DNA of 64,000 nucleotides, taken from contig OZ024743.1 in the NCBI GenBank assembly GCA_964016885.1, forward strand, positions 277,760,001 through 277,824,000, in the 5' to 3' direction. Below are positions 1-13,394 of the stretch, piece by piece (position 1 is the stretch's first letter; every line of letters begins with the position of its first letter). The DNA comes from Eledone cirrhosa (Eukaryota). The notes beneath the pieces were generated by a model. That model saw only the letters and a list, made by a program, of their open reading frames with translations. It made no database searches and was not told the DNA's origin. A program made the translations under genes and the position numbers.

Positions 1-55
1 ATTTCTTTAGCCTGATAATGGGGTTTAGAACCCTCAGATAAATGGAAAAAGATGA

Positions 56-115
<60 letters not shown>

Positions 116-181
116 GTGACGTTTTTTTACAAAATGAAAAATAGCAGACGTGTCCTACACGAGTGAAAGTATAAAGCAAAA

Positions 182-318
182 AAGATGAAATCGAAAATGC
201 AACTGGAGTTTTATTAAAAAAAATATATATATATTTATTTGGAAACCGGTAAAGGAACCAAATAAATATATATATTTTTTTTTAAATAAGACTCCAGTTG
301 CATTTTCGATTTCATCTT
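182..318. repeat. Fold-back inverted repeat (~60-bp arms) around a hammerhead 3' half
   Basis: 182-242 (aagatgaaatcgaaaatgcaactggagt...tatttatttgg) is the reverse complement of 258-318. The spacer contains gaaaccggta. Set between (TA)n tracts. Confidence 0.8.
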
Positions 319-324
319 GTTTTC

Positions 325-356
<32 letters not shown>

Positions 357-524
357 TATATGTAGAATTGTACCTATTATTCTTTTCAGAGAAAGATTAT
401 TTTGCTCTTAATAATGTCACAAAAGGGATAATATAGGCTACATATTCAGGGCTAATTTAGGCTTTAACAATTCGAAGATGTTATAAACACATCGATGGCC
501 ATCATAAAGCCTTTACTTATACCA

Positions 525-805
525 TAGAGGGGGCAGAGTACTCAAATTCTTCTTCTAGCGGGTCCTGTCAAAAGCAACCGTCTCCAACTGATCCGGCTGG
601 ATCCCCAAGCGACACTGGTGAAGCTCATGGATGTTATTCAAACATCTTGCTCGAGTCTACCCCTGGGTCTCCTGCCTTTTGGTTTTGCCCATAAAATCCG
701 GCCAGCATTTCTTTCCTAAGACATTCTAACCACATGCCGATAGTATCGGGGCTGTGATCTCTCAAATCGGAGAAGTAGTGGCTCTATCTGGAGTGACTCT
801 CTCTA
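525..805 (-). mobile_element. RTE-clade LINE 3' fragment (decayed)
   Basis: Minus-strand translation ESLQIEPLLLRFERSQPRY..HVVRM...KPKGRRPRGR resembles the RTE ORF C-terminus (LRWxGHVxRM...RPRGRP). A related piece lies at ~28090-28222. Confidence 0.65.
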
Positions 806-1436
806 TGAAACTTGTTATATAACAAGCAGAGTCAACATCAGCTCGGAAAGTAAAACAAGATGTAAAAAAGCAGAGGAAAGAAAATTGATGTATTAAAGAA
901 ATGATGAAGGATACCCGCGAGGTTGGGTGCTGTTGCAGCGGGTGTCACTGGCCACAGTACGCAGCCCCGTACTGCCCACTCTAGGCCGAGAGCCCATCAC
1001 CCTCCCCACTCTTCTGCGACACTAGAGCCCTTGCCTTTCGCTCCCTTTTCAATTTCAAAATATAATTTCTTATTTTACATTTCATTCTTTTTTCTCAATC
1101 TATTCTTTTATCTTTTTCTATTAAATTGGTTTTAATTATATATTTCTATATATATGATTTAATAATCTGTCACTTAAATAAAGACCTAACCATATTAATG
1201 AGTAATGTTCTCATACAGCATGGAGATTTTATTGCTCCAACCTTATAACTCACTTTATAATTCACTTCGTTTATTAGTAAAACTTTAACATTTTGTATTG
1301 AAGGAAATGTTTCCAGATGAATTGTTAAAAGTACTAAGTTATTATAAAGTCCAACTCGAACGTAGGCGGGTATGTATGTGTTAGTATGCAGATATAAATG
1401 CACACTCACTCACACAAACACAAACACACACGTACG

Positions 1437-1471
<35 letters not shown>

Positions 1472-1544
1472 GCACAAACACACACACAAATTCACGCGCA
1501 TCTTTCCCTCTCTCACTCTGTCTCTCTCTTTCTCTCTCTCTCTC

Positions 1545-1596
<52 letters not shown>

Positions 1597-1769
1597 CAAT
1601 AAAAAGAAATACACAAGATACATGCGAATACATACATATACATGCAGATACACACATATATCCTTGAATTTGTGTGGTGCCAAAAAACTGAGCAGTCGAG
1701 GATGTCGAAGAATATTGGTTATATATATTTTTTTTATTTATGTCTAATGTTTCTTCTTTGTTTATAATG

Positions 1770-1827
<58 letters not shown>

Positions 1828-1829
<2 letters not shown>

Positions 1830-2004
1830 CGACGGAAGTGTGGTAAGGAACCAGGTGGACCATAACACACCATAGTACCCAATACTTTGGGTAGTAGAGT
1901 GGGTAATACGAAAATGTTCAAGACCCCGACGGCAGAGCTCAAGCATTTTCAACGGGTATTTCAGTCCAGAAATAGCCAGCCGTCGGGATCTTGAACATTT
2001 TCCT
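1828..2004 (-). mobile_element. (TA)n-embedded fold-back element, copy 1
   Basis: Shares the tail aacga.ggaagtgtggtaaggaaccaggtggaccataac...gggtagtagagtgggtaata with copies at 3247, 42661, 54770 and 55007. Terminal hairpin partly deleted. (TA)n on both sides. Confidence 0.8.
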
Positions 2005-2040
2005 ATATATATATGGCGAAACCTATCAAAGTTATCAAAG

Positions 2041-2109
<69 letters not shown>

Positions 2110-2230
2110 AAAGTTCTATTTAAATTGTTGGGATACAACAAGCAAATATTTTTATAACAGATATAAAGCACTCAACAAATATTTAGAGTAAAAATGTATA
2201 TATATATATATATATAAAGGGAAGTATTGA

Positions 2231-2274
<44 letters not shown>

Positions 2275-2291
2275 AAGAGGAGTATTGACGT

Positions 2292-2377
<86 letters not shown>

Positions 2378-2549
2378 GTCAATACTCATCTTTTTCCATT
2401 CCTCCGAAGGTTCTTAACCTCACTATCAGGCTAAATAATTTCTTTAATTACTTTAGTCAAAATACGGCGATAGCTTACATTTATAATAATTTAAAAACCT
2501 GCCCGCCCCGCTGTTTCGAAAATATTCTTACTTACATATATATATATAT

Positions 2550-3182
2550 CGATTTTTCGATACTCGATTATTCTACTATATTTAGCTCTAGACCCAGCTA
2601 TTGACCAGTTAATTTTATTGTTCATTTTTTGTCGATTCTATTAAGTGATAAATAGCTCCTGTTTATTTTAACATGTCTATTGAGCACTCTTATTCGATAT
2701 GTGTATTTCCACATTTTCCCGAATATTTTTCGCGGATATAGAGGTTATCTCCCTTGCTGAATTCCATGTGCGTATTTAGCCTGGGTTATGCCTTTTCATT
2801 CGTTTGGACAAAGCTCGTTGAGGAAGTAAATTCCCGTTCGCTGGCACCTAGAAGTCTTATATATTTTTATGTGAGCTGATAGAGGACAGTTTAAGGATTT
2901 ACAGAAACCCAAGAAGCTAGATTTACCATCTTTCTAGCGGGTCCGGGTATGCTTTTTACATTCATTTGATTTATTGATTTATTGATTTTTTATCTGAGTG
3001 TCCCGAATCTTCCAGATCGCAATTTTTCGGTCGTACGGTTGATTATAGACTTGTTCTATGTGTGACGGTATTTTAACGATAGTTATAGCTCTGATTTATC
3101 TAAATTATTGAGCCCTCTGCCGCTCATATCGAATTTTGTTTATCGTGAACTCGTGCGCCGATTTTTCGATACTCGATTATTC

Positions 3183-3190
<8 letters not shown>
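2550..3190 (-). mobile_element. Highly decayed Penelope-like GIY-YIG fragment bounded by 32-bp direct repeats
   Basis: cgatttttcgatactcgattattctactatat occurs at 2550-2581 and 3159-3190. The minus-strand remnant CKSLNCPL...CQRTGIYF..ELCPNE resembles a Penelope Cys linker plus GIY motif. Confidence 0.4.
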
Positions 3191-3231
<41 letters not shown>

Positions 3232-3246
3232 CATATATATATATAT

Positions 3247-3345
3247 AACGAAGGAGGTGTGGTAAGGAACGAGATGGACCATAACGCACCAGAGTCTCAA
3301 TACTTAGGGTAGTAGAGTGGGCAATAGGAGAATGTTTAACCTTTT

Positions 3346-3348
<3 letters not shown>
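3247..3348 (-). mobile_element. (TA)n-embedded fold-back element, copy 2 (hairpin collapsed)
   Basis: Same tail as the other copies. The hairpin is reduced to ggagaatgtttaaccttttcc. Confidence 0.75.
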
Positions 3349-3396
<48 letters not shown>

Positions 3397-4080
3397 GTAT
3401 ATATATATTTTAAGTTGCTCGCACATTGCTCGGTTTGTTGTTTTTTTGCTGTTTAATTTACTCTTTTCTCCCCCCCCCTCCCTCCTCCGTTTTCTCAATA
3501 GCTTATCCAGTTATTTCTTGTCTTTAAAGCGCAGAAAAATCCGAGACCCCCAGTAGACAACTGATGAGGAAAACTCCCCCAGCCCTCCGTTCTTACTTTC
3601 TTCGTATTCCCACTGCATTTTAAGTTACCTTAAATAGCAACTACACAGCCATTTCTATTCTCAATATATATATATATATACTTATATTCTATTGCATTTT
3701 CAAAGAGAGAAGGGGAAAGAGATAGAATGGGGTGGAAATGTATTTAAATATATATGTCCGTGTGTACGTTTGTGCTTGTGTGTGTGTCATTAGCTTTTGA
3801 CAACAGCTGGTGATATGCATGTAAGTAAATATTCTCTTTATCTGATATTTTGTAACTAACCATACATAGATCAATAACGAAGTATAGTTACAATGTATTA
3901 TCATCACCTAGAAACGATCGTAATGACTTGATTTTTTATTTCATTGTTTTAACTTATATCATGACTCTGTTTTCCTTTTAATGTTTTGTTTTCCGGGATT
4001 TATTTTAACCTACATTTTCAACATATGGACTACATTGAGTTCTTCATGCAGAATAGACCCCACAACTTACCGTGGATATC

Positions 4081-4134
<54 letters not shown>

Positions 4135-4422
4135 ATACGTAACTTTCAATGGAAAAGTTACAGTAAAAATTGACTATGCTTAATTTATGATCGTTATGTA
4201 TAGATATTGTGAGCAGGTATTTCATGCTTGAAATATTCCACTAAATAGAAATTTGATTAAACATGACCATCTTGACAAAAATAGACAAGATGTTTATCTC
4301 TCTGATATATGATGTATAACGTTGCAGGTTTGCTAAATGTCTCCTCGTACTCACACTCACACATAAAAAAAAACATGTATATATATGTTAGTCAGTATAT
4401 ATATAAATAGATATATATATAA

Positions 4423-4455
<33 letters not shown>

Positions 4456-4895
4456 AAGATATAGATATAGATATACGGTTTGTAACGTCCAGTTACTGTA
4501 GGCTCACCAGAGTGATCACACAATGCGTAGTATCCAGTAAGTATAGATGTGTAGTACTAAGCAAACTAATAATTCTGTCGTTATCACAACAGAAGTTTGA
4601 TAAGCTTTTGATTCCAGAGTCGGGCCAGATCGATACAGATCGAACCTTGAGCTGATAAATAGCGAAACGCGCGTCACTAATCAATAAACGTAATGAAGAC
4701 ATAACAATTCTTACTCTTTATCATATATATATATATATATATATATATTTATTAAAATAACAGATTAATGTTTAAGCAAAGAATATATATAAACGTTTGA
4801 ATTTGTAAAGCCAAAACAATGCAGGTATGGACATATAATATAAAAATGCAAAAGATATTGTTGACAATTAGTCTTTTACCTTAGATTTATTTAAA

Positions 4896-4935
4896 TGTCC
4901 TTAATTTTCGAGATAATATCTCTTCTTCGGAGGGA
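4896..4935 (-). ncRNA. Minimal type I hammerhead-like motif in Penelope pLTR (variant core CCGAAGA)
   Basis: Minus strand: cct CCGAAGA a gagata t tatctc GAAA at ta agg. Identical to the plus-strand copy at 7556-7595. Confidence 0.6.
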
Positions 4936-5370
4936 AGTAAAGCGGTTAAACCACTGTTCTAAATAGCTTGCCAAGTCATGCTGACAGGAAATGGTATAGA
5001 GTATCTGTTCTATCTCTAATGTCAAAGAGGTTAGGTAGATAAAAGGTTTTTTTTTTTACATGTCGGCGCCCCGACCAACAACACACCTGACGCAAAACAC
5101 CTCGTCTCCCTATAAAAGGATTTTTTTTTACATGTCTGTTTAAGTGTGTGGGAGAATTCGTGAATGTGTAAGTATGTGTGTGTGTGTGTATGTGAGTGTG
5201 AGAAGATATGTGTATACGTAAATGTGGGGGATAGATGTTCTCTCGTGTTAGAACTGGTCTTTGTGTGTGTATGTGTGTGTGTGTGAGAGAATAAGTGGAG
5301 GTGTAAGCGCGCGCGTGTGTGTGTGTGCGTGTGTGTGTGAGGGGGTGTAAGTATGGGGCTAGATGCTCTA

Positions 5371-7427
5371 TCAAGTTATAAATTGGCTGTTGAGTTCTTG
5401 TCTATTATTGATTCGTGGTTGTGTTTTGTCTATAATTAGTGCTTCCTTAATTCTAAGATTGCCGAGGTTTCTTTCGTTAGTTTCTATCCTAACTGTTATG
5501 GCTTTGTCGGTGTTTTTGCATTTCAGTAGGTGTTTCTTAAATGAGGAAGCGTTAGTATTGAGGTGTGCTTTTATTTTTATGTGGAGTGGTCTGGTGGTGC
5601 TACCTACGTAGAAGTTGCTGCATTTATCGCACTCTAGTCTGTATACGACGTAAGCCTGGTGGCATAGGTCTGTGTCGCTGATGGGGCAGTTGGCTAGCCT
5701 GCAGCGGTTGTCATGTCTGGTGGAGTGTCTTTTGGTTAGCTGTCCGCGTAGAGAAGGTCCTGAGTGGACCAGTTGGATATTTAGTCCCTTTTGTCTGATA
5801 GCTCTGCGGTTGGCTGTTGTTGTTTCGTCACTGAAGTGTGGGAGCTTCAGGAAGCAAGTGTTAGTGCCTCGGGTGTGGTGTCCTCTGTTCTTTCTGGCAC
5901 GGTTTGTGGTGGATGTCGTGTATCCGTTCAGTTTGAGTACTTCCAGGAAATGTGTGGTGTGTGTGTCTTGGTCTCTAGCGTCGGTGCATTTGTTCCGGAT
6001 ACGTGTTAGTTCGTTCCTTATGTATCCGAACTTAGCGCCGGCTGGGAGAGCCGATCTGAAATGTACGAACAGGTCCCTGCTGGCGGTTTTTTTTATAGAA
6101 GCAGGTGTGAATGTTGCCTTCCTCTGTTACCCTGCGTTAGAAGTCCAGTAGGGATAGGGATCCGAGGTCATCGGGGTGTTCCATGCTGAACTTTATACTG
6201 GCGTCCATGCTGGAGAATGTTGTGTATATTTGATCCGCCTCCTCACGGGATGATGTAAGGATGAGTATGTCATCTACATATCGGATGAAGAAGGTATGGG
6301 AATGGCAGGTGTTGAGGGCTCGGCATTCTCGCTGGTTCATATAGGTGATGGCAAGCAGGTCCCATAGGCTGGATCCCATGGGTAATTCTGTTGTCTCTCT
6401 GTATGTGTGGTGGTGGAAGGTGAAGTACGTGTTGTCTACTGTGAAGGACAAAAGCTGGTGTATGTCCGTCGGATGGAGGCCGTAGCAGTGGATGTCCTCT
6501 GCGACCACGCAGTCCGTCAATAAATCGACAGCTGGATGAACGGGGACTGTAGTGTAGAGGGAGACAACGTCGAGGCTAAAGGCGTATCTATTTAGATTAA
6601 ATTGGTCTGGCTGGAGTTGGTGTAGTCTACGTATGACTTTGTCGGAGCTACTGACATGCCCGAGAAAGGTGGAGAGTAGAGCTTGAGGACCTGGGAGAGG
6701 AGCCAGGAGATTTTGTATAGGGGTCCTTCTATGCTAGAGACGATGGGTCTTATTTGTGTCTTAGTACTATTCTTGTGGGTCTTGATGAGGTGGTAGAAAG
6801 TGGGCAGTCTGCTATTTCTAGTGGTGTAGTTGAGCTTAACTTTATTTGGGAGTTGTCTTCTCCTACAGATGTCGAACCAGATGGAGTTGGTCTGTTTTTC
6901 GATCTGGGCTGCAGTCATGTCCGGGATCTCTGTATATAGTTCATTGTCGGTTAGGTGTTCAAAGGCTAGGTTGTTGTATGTGGCTTGAGAGATGACGCAA
7001 AACTCTTTTTGTCAGATGGTAAGTATATAAGTTCTCTATTCCGTAGGTTCTTCAGGGCCAGTTGTTGTGTCCTGGAGAGGTTTGGGGCTATCTTCTGTTT
7101 CCATAACATGTTAAATACGGAATGTTATAGCCTTGAGAGATTTTCTTTAAGATCGCGGTTGGCAGGCGGTGGACAGAGTGGGCGATCCAGTTGGTATATC
7201 GGGAATCTGATTCCGTGGTGTTGTTGCCGAGAGTCGATATCCATTTTAGTTGGTAGGCAGCCCGACAGAAATTCGTTTCTATGTCGAGCCATAATTTGTC
7301 GTCCAGTCTCTGTTTCAATATGAACTTGGGACCCAGGCTGAGGAGGTCTAATTCCTCTCGGGAGAGGGATCCTGTCAAGTCTGTGACGAGGTGTTTTGCG
7401 TCAGGTGTGTTGTTGGTCGGGGCGCCG
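5371..7427 (-). pseudogene. Penelope RT + GIY-YIG endonuclease ORF, broken by frameshifts and stops
   Basis: ORF pieces LSREELDLLSLGPKF, PTFYHLIKTHK...IRPIVS, LPMGS, FIRYVDDIL, LSLLDF. Manual translation gives CRLANCPI...LC..YVVYRLECDKCSNFYVGSTTRPLH...IKEALII...PRINNRQE, stop at 5371-5373. Confidence 0.9.
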
Positions 7428-7555
7428 ACATGTAAAAAAAAAAACCCTTTTATCTACCTAACCTCTTTGACATTAGAGATAGAACAGATACTCTATACCA
7501 TTTCCTGTCAGCATGACTTGCCAGCTATTTAGAACAGTGATTTAACCGCTTTAAT

Positions 7556-7595
7556 TCCCTCCGAAGAAGAGATATTATCTCGAAAATTAAGGACA
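7556..7595 (+). ncRNA. Minimal type I hammerhead-like motif in the inverted pLTR
   Basis: tccct ccgaaga a gagatattatctc gaaa attaagga: helix II gagat/atctc, palindromic aatt helix III, short helix I cct/agg. Confidence 0.6.
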
Positions 7596-7741
7596 TTTAA
7601 ATAAATCTAAGGTAAAAGACTAATTGTCAACAATATCTTTTGCATTTTTATATTATATGTCCATACCTGCATTGTTTTGGCTTTACAAATTCAAACGTTT
7701 ATACCTCATTACACAATGCTTCAAGTGAACTATAACTTCCT

Positions 7742-7829
<88 letters not shown>

Positions 7830-8384
7830 ATGTGTGTGTGTGTGTGTGGTGTAATATGCACAAATCGATATTGTAGTCGCAATATAACAGATACCAATCA
7901 TATATATATATATATGTGTGTGTGTGTGCGCGCGTACATGTTTGTTTCTGTGATAAACCACCAACGTCAGTGAATCTTTGAAATAATGATTCATTAGTTA
8001 GGTACAGTATAGTGGTCGTTACAACAAAAATCTCTGCATAGCAATTAATTAAGGATATTTCCAATTTTAATACGCTTTTACTTACTTTTCTAGATTCTGC
8101 TTTGAAATATATATATGCTAGTTATATACTTCACTATTTCCTATTTCATTTTAGTTAGAATTATATAGAAAACACAACAAGTCTTTGAAACAAGGGCTTC
8201 TGTGTATCAGAATAAAACAGCAAATTATAAGTGAAGTGGAAAAAGAATAATTTTTGCGTTGATTAATATTTAGCTTGGTATCATTTTTTAAACATGAGCA
8301 AAGCTCTACATGAACTCTGAATTAATATTTCATTTGGGATATTATCCAAGTTCGTTATGCCATTTTGAACTTAATTTAACAAAG

Positions 8385-10080
8385 GCTTTACCAATATTGA
8401 AAAACAAAGGAAATAAGTTTAATTAATCATGCCTTTGTAGGGTATTTATACTTAAATCAGTAAGACGACCTGCAAATTTTTAGTAAAGTCTTCCCGAAGA
8501 ATTTCTAAAAAATATTTTCTAAAATTCTTCCCAGAATTTTCCTAAAAACTTTCACCAAAATATTTTCACAAATTTTCTCGAAATTTTATGAAACTTCTAA
8601 AACGTTCACCGAAAACCTACCAAATAACTTCGCAAAATCTTGAAATATTAGGCCAAAATTTCCTTTCAATTTAAAAAAAAATTCCATCAAAATTTTCCCC
8701 CAAAATCTACAGAATGTTTCATCAAAGTTTTTTAACTTGTTTCTCCCAAAATTTCATCAAATATTTTCCATAAAATATCTTACAAAATTCATTAAAAGTT
8801 CTACTTCAAATTTAATTAAATATTTCCTAAAATATTTTGTGAATCATTTTCCCGAAAATTTCATTATAAATTTTCCCCAAAGTTTCATTGAGGATTAAAA
8901 CAAAATGTTTTCCGTAAGGTACTGAAAAATCTTTTTTTGATATTTTCCCAAGTATCGTAAAAACTTTTGTAAAGACTTTTGTAAAGATTTTCGTCAATAT
9001 TAAAAAACAGAAGGAAATAAGTTTAAATAATAATGTTTTAGTCGACTAGTTAGACATTTCCAGTAAAAATTTCGCTAACATTTTCTAAATAGATTTCCTA
9101 ACATTTTTCCCAAACGTGCTTAAAAAATTTCACCGGAAACTTTTCTCAAAATGTCTCAAACGTTTCTCCCAAAAAACGTTTCTCCCAAAATTATCCAAAA
9201 TTATCATTTAAGTTTCATGAAGGATTTTGAAATGTCTCTCCTAAAATTTCATCAAATTTTTTCCTTAATATCTCTTACAAAATTCATTAAAAGTTTTACC
9301 TCAAATTTCATTTAAAATTACCCTAAATATTGTATGAAAGATTTTCCCGAAAATTTCATAATAAATTTTCCCCAAAATTTTATTGAAGATTTCGTCAAAA
9401 GCTTTTCCCAAAATTACGGCAACGTTATTATTAGGTATTTTTCCAAATGTTTCATGAAGATTTTCGTAAAGGTTTTCGTAAATATTGAAAAGCAGAAGGA
9501 TATGAGTTTAAATAACCATGTTTTTGTCGGGTTTTGAAATTTAAATTAGTACGACTAGCTCCAGAATTTCATTAAAACTTTCCTTGAAATTTCTTACAAG
9601 ATTACCTAAAAATTTTGGTAAAGTTTTCATAAAAACTTTCACCAAAATATATTCTTAAATTTCCTCGAAAGTTTCACCCCAAATTCTCCAGAATTTTCAT
9701 TAAAGTTTCATCAAAATCCTTAGAAATATTTATCCCAATATTTAATCGAATATTTTCCATAAAATCTCTTACAACATTCTTTAAATGTTTTACCTGAAAT
9801 TTCATTAAACATTCACTCAAATATTTTATGAAAAATGTTTGCGAAAACTTGATAAATTTTACCTAAAGTTTCATTAAAGATTTCAAGGATAACTTTTTCC
9901 AAAATTACCTCAAAGTTCTTTTAGATATTTTTCCATATGTTCTGTAAAGCTCCTTATATATAAATCAGTACGACCAGCTTCAAATTGTTAATAAAACTTT
10001 AACTAAAAATTTATAAAATGATTTCCTAAAACTTTCCCAAATTTTCGAAAAAACTTTCACAAAAACATTTTCTCAAACAT
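8385..10080. repeat. Degenerate AT-rich satellite, ~4 units of 420-600 bp built from aaaattttccc-like subrepeats
   Basis: Anchor aatattgaaaaaca.aagga.ataagtttaa at ~8393, 8996 and 9481. Anchor taaatcagta.gac.agct at ~8452, 9542 and 9961. Confidence 0.7.
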
Positions 10081-10411
10081 AGTTTCCTTAGTCTAATATG
10101 AGGGTCGGCTCCCTTTTATGCTTTTAAAAGAAGTTGATAATTTTTAGTTGGCCTCCGAATATTGATTATCTGAGGATTGTTAATTCAATTATATTTTTCA
10201 TGGAAAGGTACGTGTGTGTATATATTTCTTTTATATATTGAGCTTATAATGGTTACTATTAAAATGACAAAATATAAACGTCAAATTCTGGGTTGAGAAA
10301 AATATTCGGGAAATGTATCTGATATAATCAACAAATTGTATATTGTCAGCATATCAAGTTATAGTTTCTCGTACAGCCAATAAGTAAATAAATGTATGAG
10401 TCAGTCTGTTT

Positions 10412-10979
<568 letters not shown>

Positions 10980-11329
10980 GAGTATGTGTGTGTGTGTGTG
11001 AGAGAATATGTGAGAGAGAGAGTGTGTGCGAGAGAGAGTGTGTGTGCGCATACATATGTACACACGTATATTTGTATATTGGAATTATATACCATTTGTA
11101 AATGGAATAAATAGGTTCTTAGCACTCTCGTCTTGTGAAATGGACCTTGGCACAGCCGCATTCATATAGTCAAACCACAAGAGTGTTGAATTAGATTTGT
11201 CATTCAACATGTGTGCAGTCTCCATTAAACAACATCAGAATAACCATAATTTATAATCCTGGTTAGACTAATGTATCGCATTCATCAGACATCTTATGAT
11301 TGATCTCAGCTAATATTAGTATTATCACC

Positions 11330-11447
11330 ATCATCACACCATCAGAATCATCATCGTCGTCTTTATTACCGTCATGATCCTTCTTACCATCATGAGTAAC
11401 ATCTTTATCACTGTAGTCGTCGTCGTCGTCGCCGTCGTCATCACCAC

Positions 11448-11479
<32 letters not shown>

Positions 11480-11775
11480 CCATCACGACCTTCATCATCA
11501 TGATCATCGTCATCATCATCATCATGATCACCATCATCATCATCATCATCATGACCATCATCATCATCATCATCATCATCATGACCATCATCATCATCAT
11601 CGTTTTCGAAGTTGTCATCATCACAATCATGGTCGTCATGTTGCTCGACGTCGCCGCTATCGCGATTGCCCCCCCCCCCCCTCCCCTTCTGCTATCATCA
11701 TCATCACCATCACCCTCATCATCATCACTATCATCCTCATCATCAACGTAATCATCATTTTCATCATTATCAGCA
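11330..11775. repeat. (CAT)n-rich trinucleotide tract
   Basis: Direct reading; gives rise to spurious poly-M/I/D ORFs. Confidence 0.95.
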
Positions 11776-12259
11776 ACAGCACCAGTAGCAGCAGCAACAT
11801 GATCGACATCATCGCCTCTTAATGTCACTTCTTCCTCGCGAGACTAGATCTTAATCAAATAATTTACTCACATTTAGCTAATTTTCATTATTACTTTACT
11901 TTATATTATATATATTTGTATAATCTAATCACATTCTACCAATGTGGCTTGTTAAAATGTTATATAGCATGAGAGGAGTTTCACTCATATTTCCACTAAT
12001 TTCTAAGTAATTTGGGAATCAGTTTGAGAAAAGTTAGGTTCTATTTCTTACAATCTGACATTTATTTAGTCGTGATGTACGAAGAAAATGTTGAGGATTT
12101 TAAATGAACCTGTCTCATTTGTTTATATACAAATTATATATATGTTCCGTTCTTTACAATCTGACATCTCACTGTACTCATATACTAATAAACTGTTATG
12201 AATTTTAAGCTATCAAGTCTCACTTTAAGCTATTTAATCGCTATTCTTTACAATATAGT

Positions 12260-12395
12260 GAAGGCGTGTGGCTGATTGGTTAGAGAACTGGATTCGCAAT
12301 CGTGAGGTTGCCAGTTCGATTCCTGGACCGGGCGATGCGTTATGTCCTTGAGCAAGACACTTTATTTCACGCTGCTCCTTCTACCCGGAGTTGCG
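12260..12395 (+). mobile_element. tRNA-derived SINE (5' head and central domain)
   Basis: A box gtggctgattggttaga, B box gttcgattcc, followed by tgtccttgagcaagacacttt. Confidence 0.7.
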
Positions 12396-13394
12396 ACCGA
12401 TAGATAGTATTAGCAATTGGAAAGACCAACGGAAACATTGTTTCCTCGGTTCGATTTGACGAAAGTTGATCGACAAATCTCTTTACAATATAACATCTCT
12501 CCATAATCATACACGTGTAAAATGTTGAGGATCGTAAAATGACATGTCTCATTTCTATATACACAAAAGATATCTAGTTAACAATTATAAGAACGACGAG
12601 TTCCAGCCATAATTCCTGTAATATGTAAGTAAGTTGGAAATCGGTTCGAAGCTAGGCTTATTTCCTAGAAACTGAAAATCTCCCTCAATTCATATAACAA
12701 TATTTGGTGGCGAATTGGCAGGGTCTTTAGTTCGAAACACAAAATTGATTGTGGTATTTGTTTCGTCTCTCAGTGGCTTGATTTCAAGTCTCACCGAAGC
12801 CAAATTTACCTTTCACCTATTCGGGGCGTTAAAATACATAACTAATCCAGATCTGTGGATTGGTTTGAATTATTCTATTCCGAATTCAAATCTCACCGTG
12901 ACTGACTTAAGTAGTAAGACTTAATTCGTCGCCGAGTTTAACACCACAACGTGTCACATTGAGTACTCTGTTGCAAGCGTTTGAGTTTGATCTCGGATTT
13001 GAAGATACCTTCTCTCTTCCACCTACCAGTCTCTGGGGCCCTTTCCTTAATTAAACAGAAAAAACTGGCAATTCTAAACTTAAATTCTAAACTGGCAATT
13101 CTAAACTTAAACTGGCAATTCTAAACTTAAATTCTTAATCTGTCTTAATCATATATGTACATAATTTTGAAGAATTTTATAAGAATGGGAAGTTTACAGT
13201 TTAAATAAGGCTTTAATTCTGCTAGGCCGATTCTCCAGAATCTGACCTCTCCTTCTCTTCCGGTACGTGTAACATTCTGTGTTATTAAATTGAATTGCCT
13301 TCATTTGTTTCATTACAAAACTGTCCTGTTAAAATGATACGAGTTTTATTTATATTTCCATTAAATAGTAATTGAATATTTGAATTACAAATAC

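Larger units (their letters stand above)
4749..7703 (-). mobile_element. Penelope-like retroelement, 5'-truncated, with an inverted pseudo-LTR
   Basis: Fragmented RT and GIY-YIG on the minus strand. 4788-5106 is the near-perfect reverse complement of 7385-7703. The 3' end abuts (TA)n. Confidence 0.92.

Noticed and set aside
5580-5710. Selenocysteine-encoding (Naiad-type) Penelope
   Set aside because: The cysteine positions I read around the GIY-YIG domain are TGC rather than TGA; the stops elsewhere look like decay.
12260-12330. tRNA gene (also heads at ~13500-13560 and ~47415-47480)
   Set aside because: A/B boxes are present but there is no complete cloverleaf or acceptor stem, and SINE body sequence follows.
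13061-13137. Short tandem aaactggcaattctaaactt repeats
   Set aside because: Ordinary local slippage duplication with no further structure.
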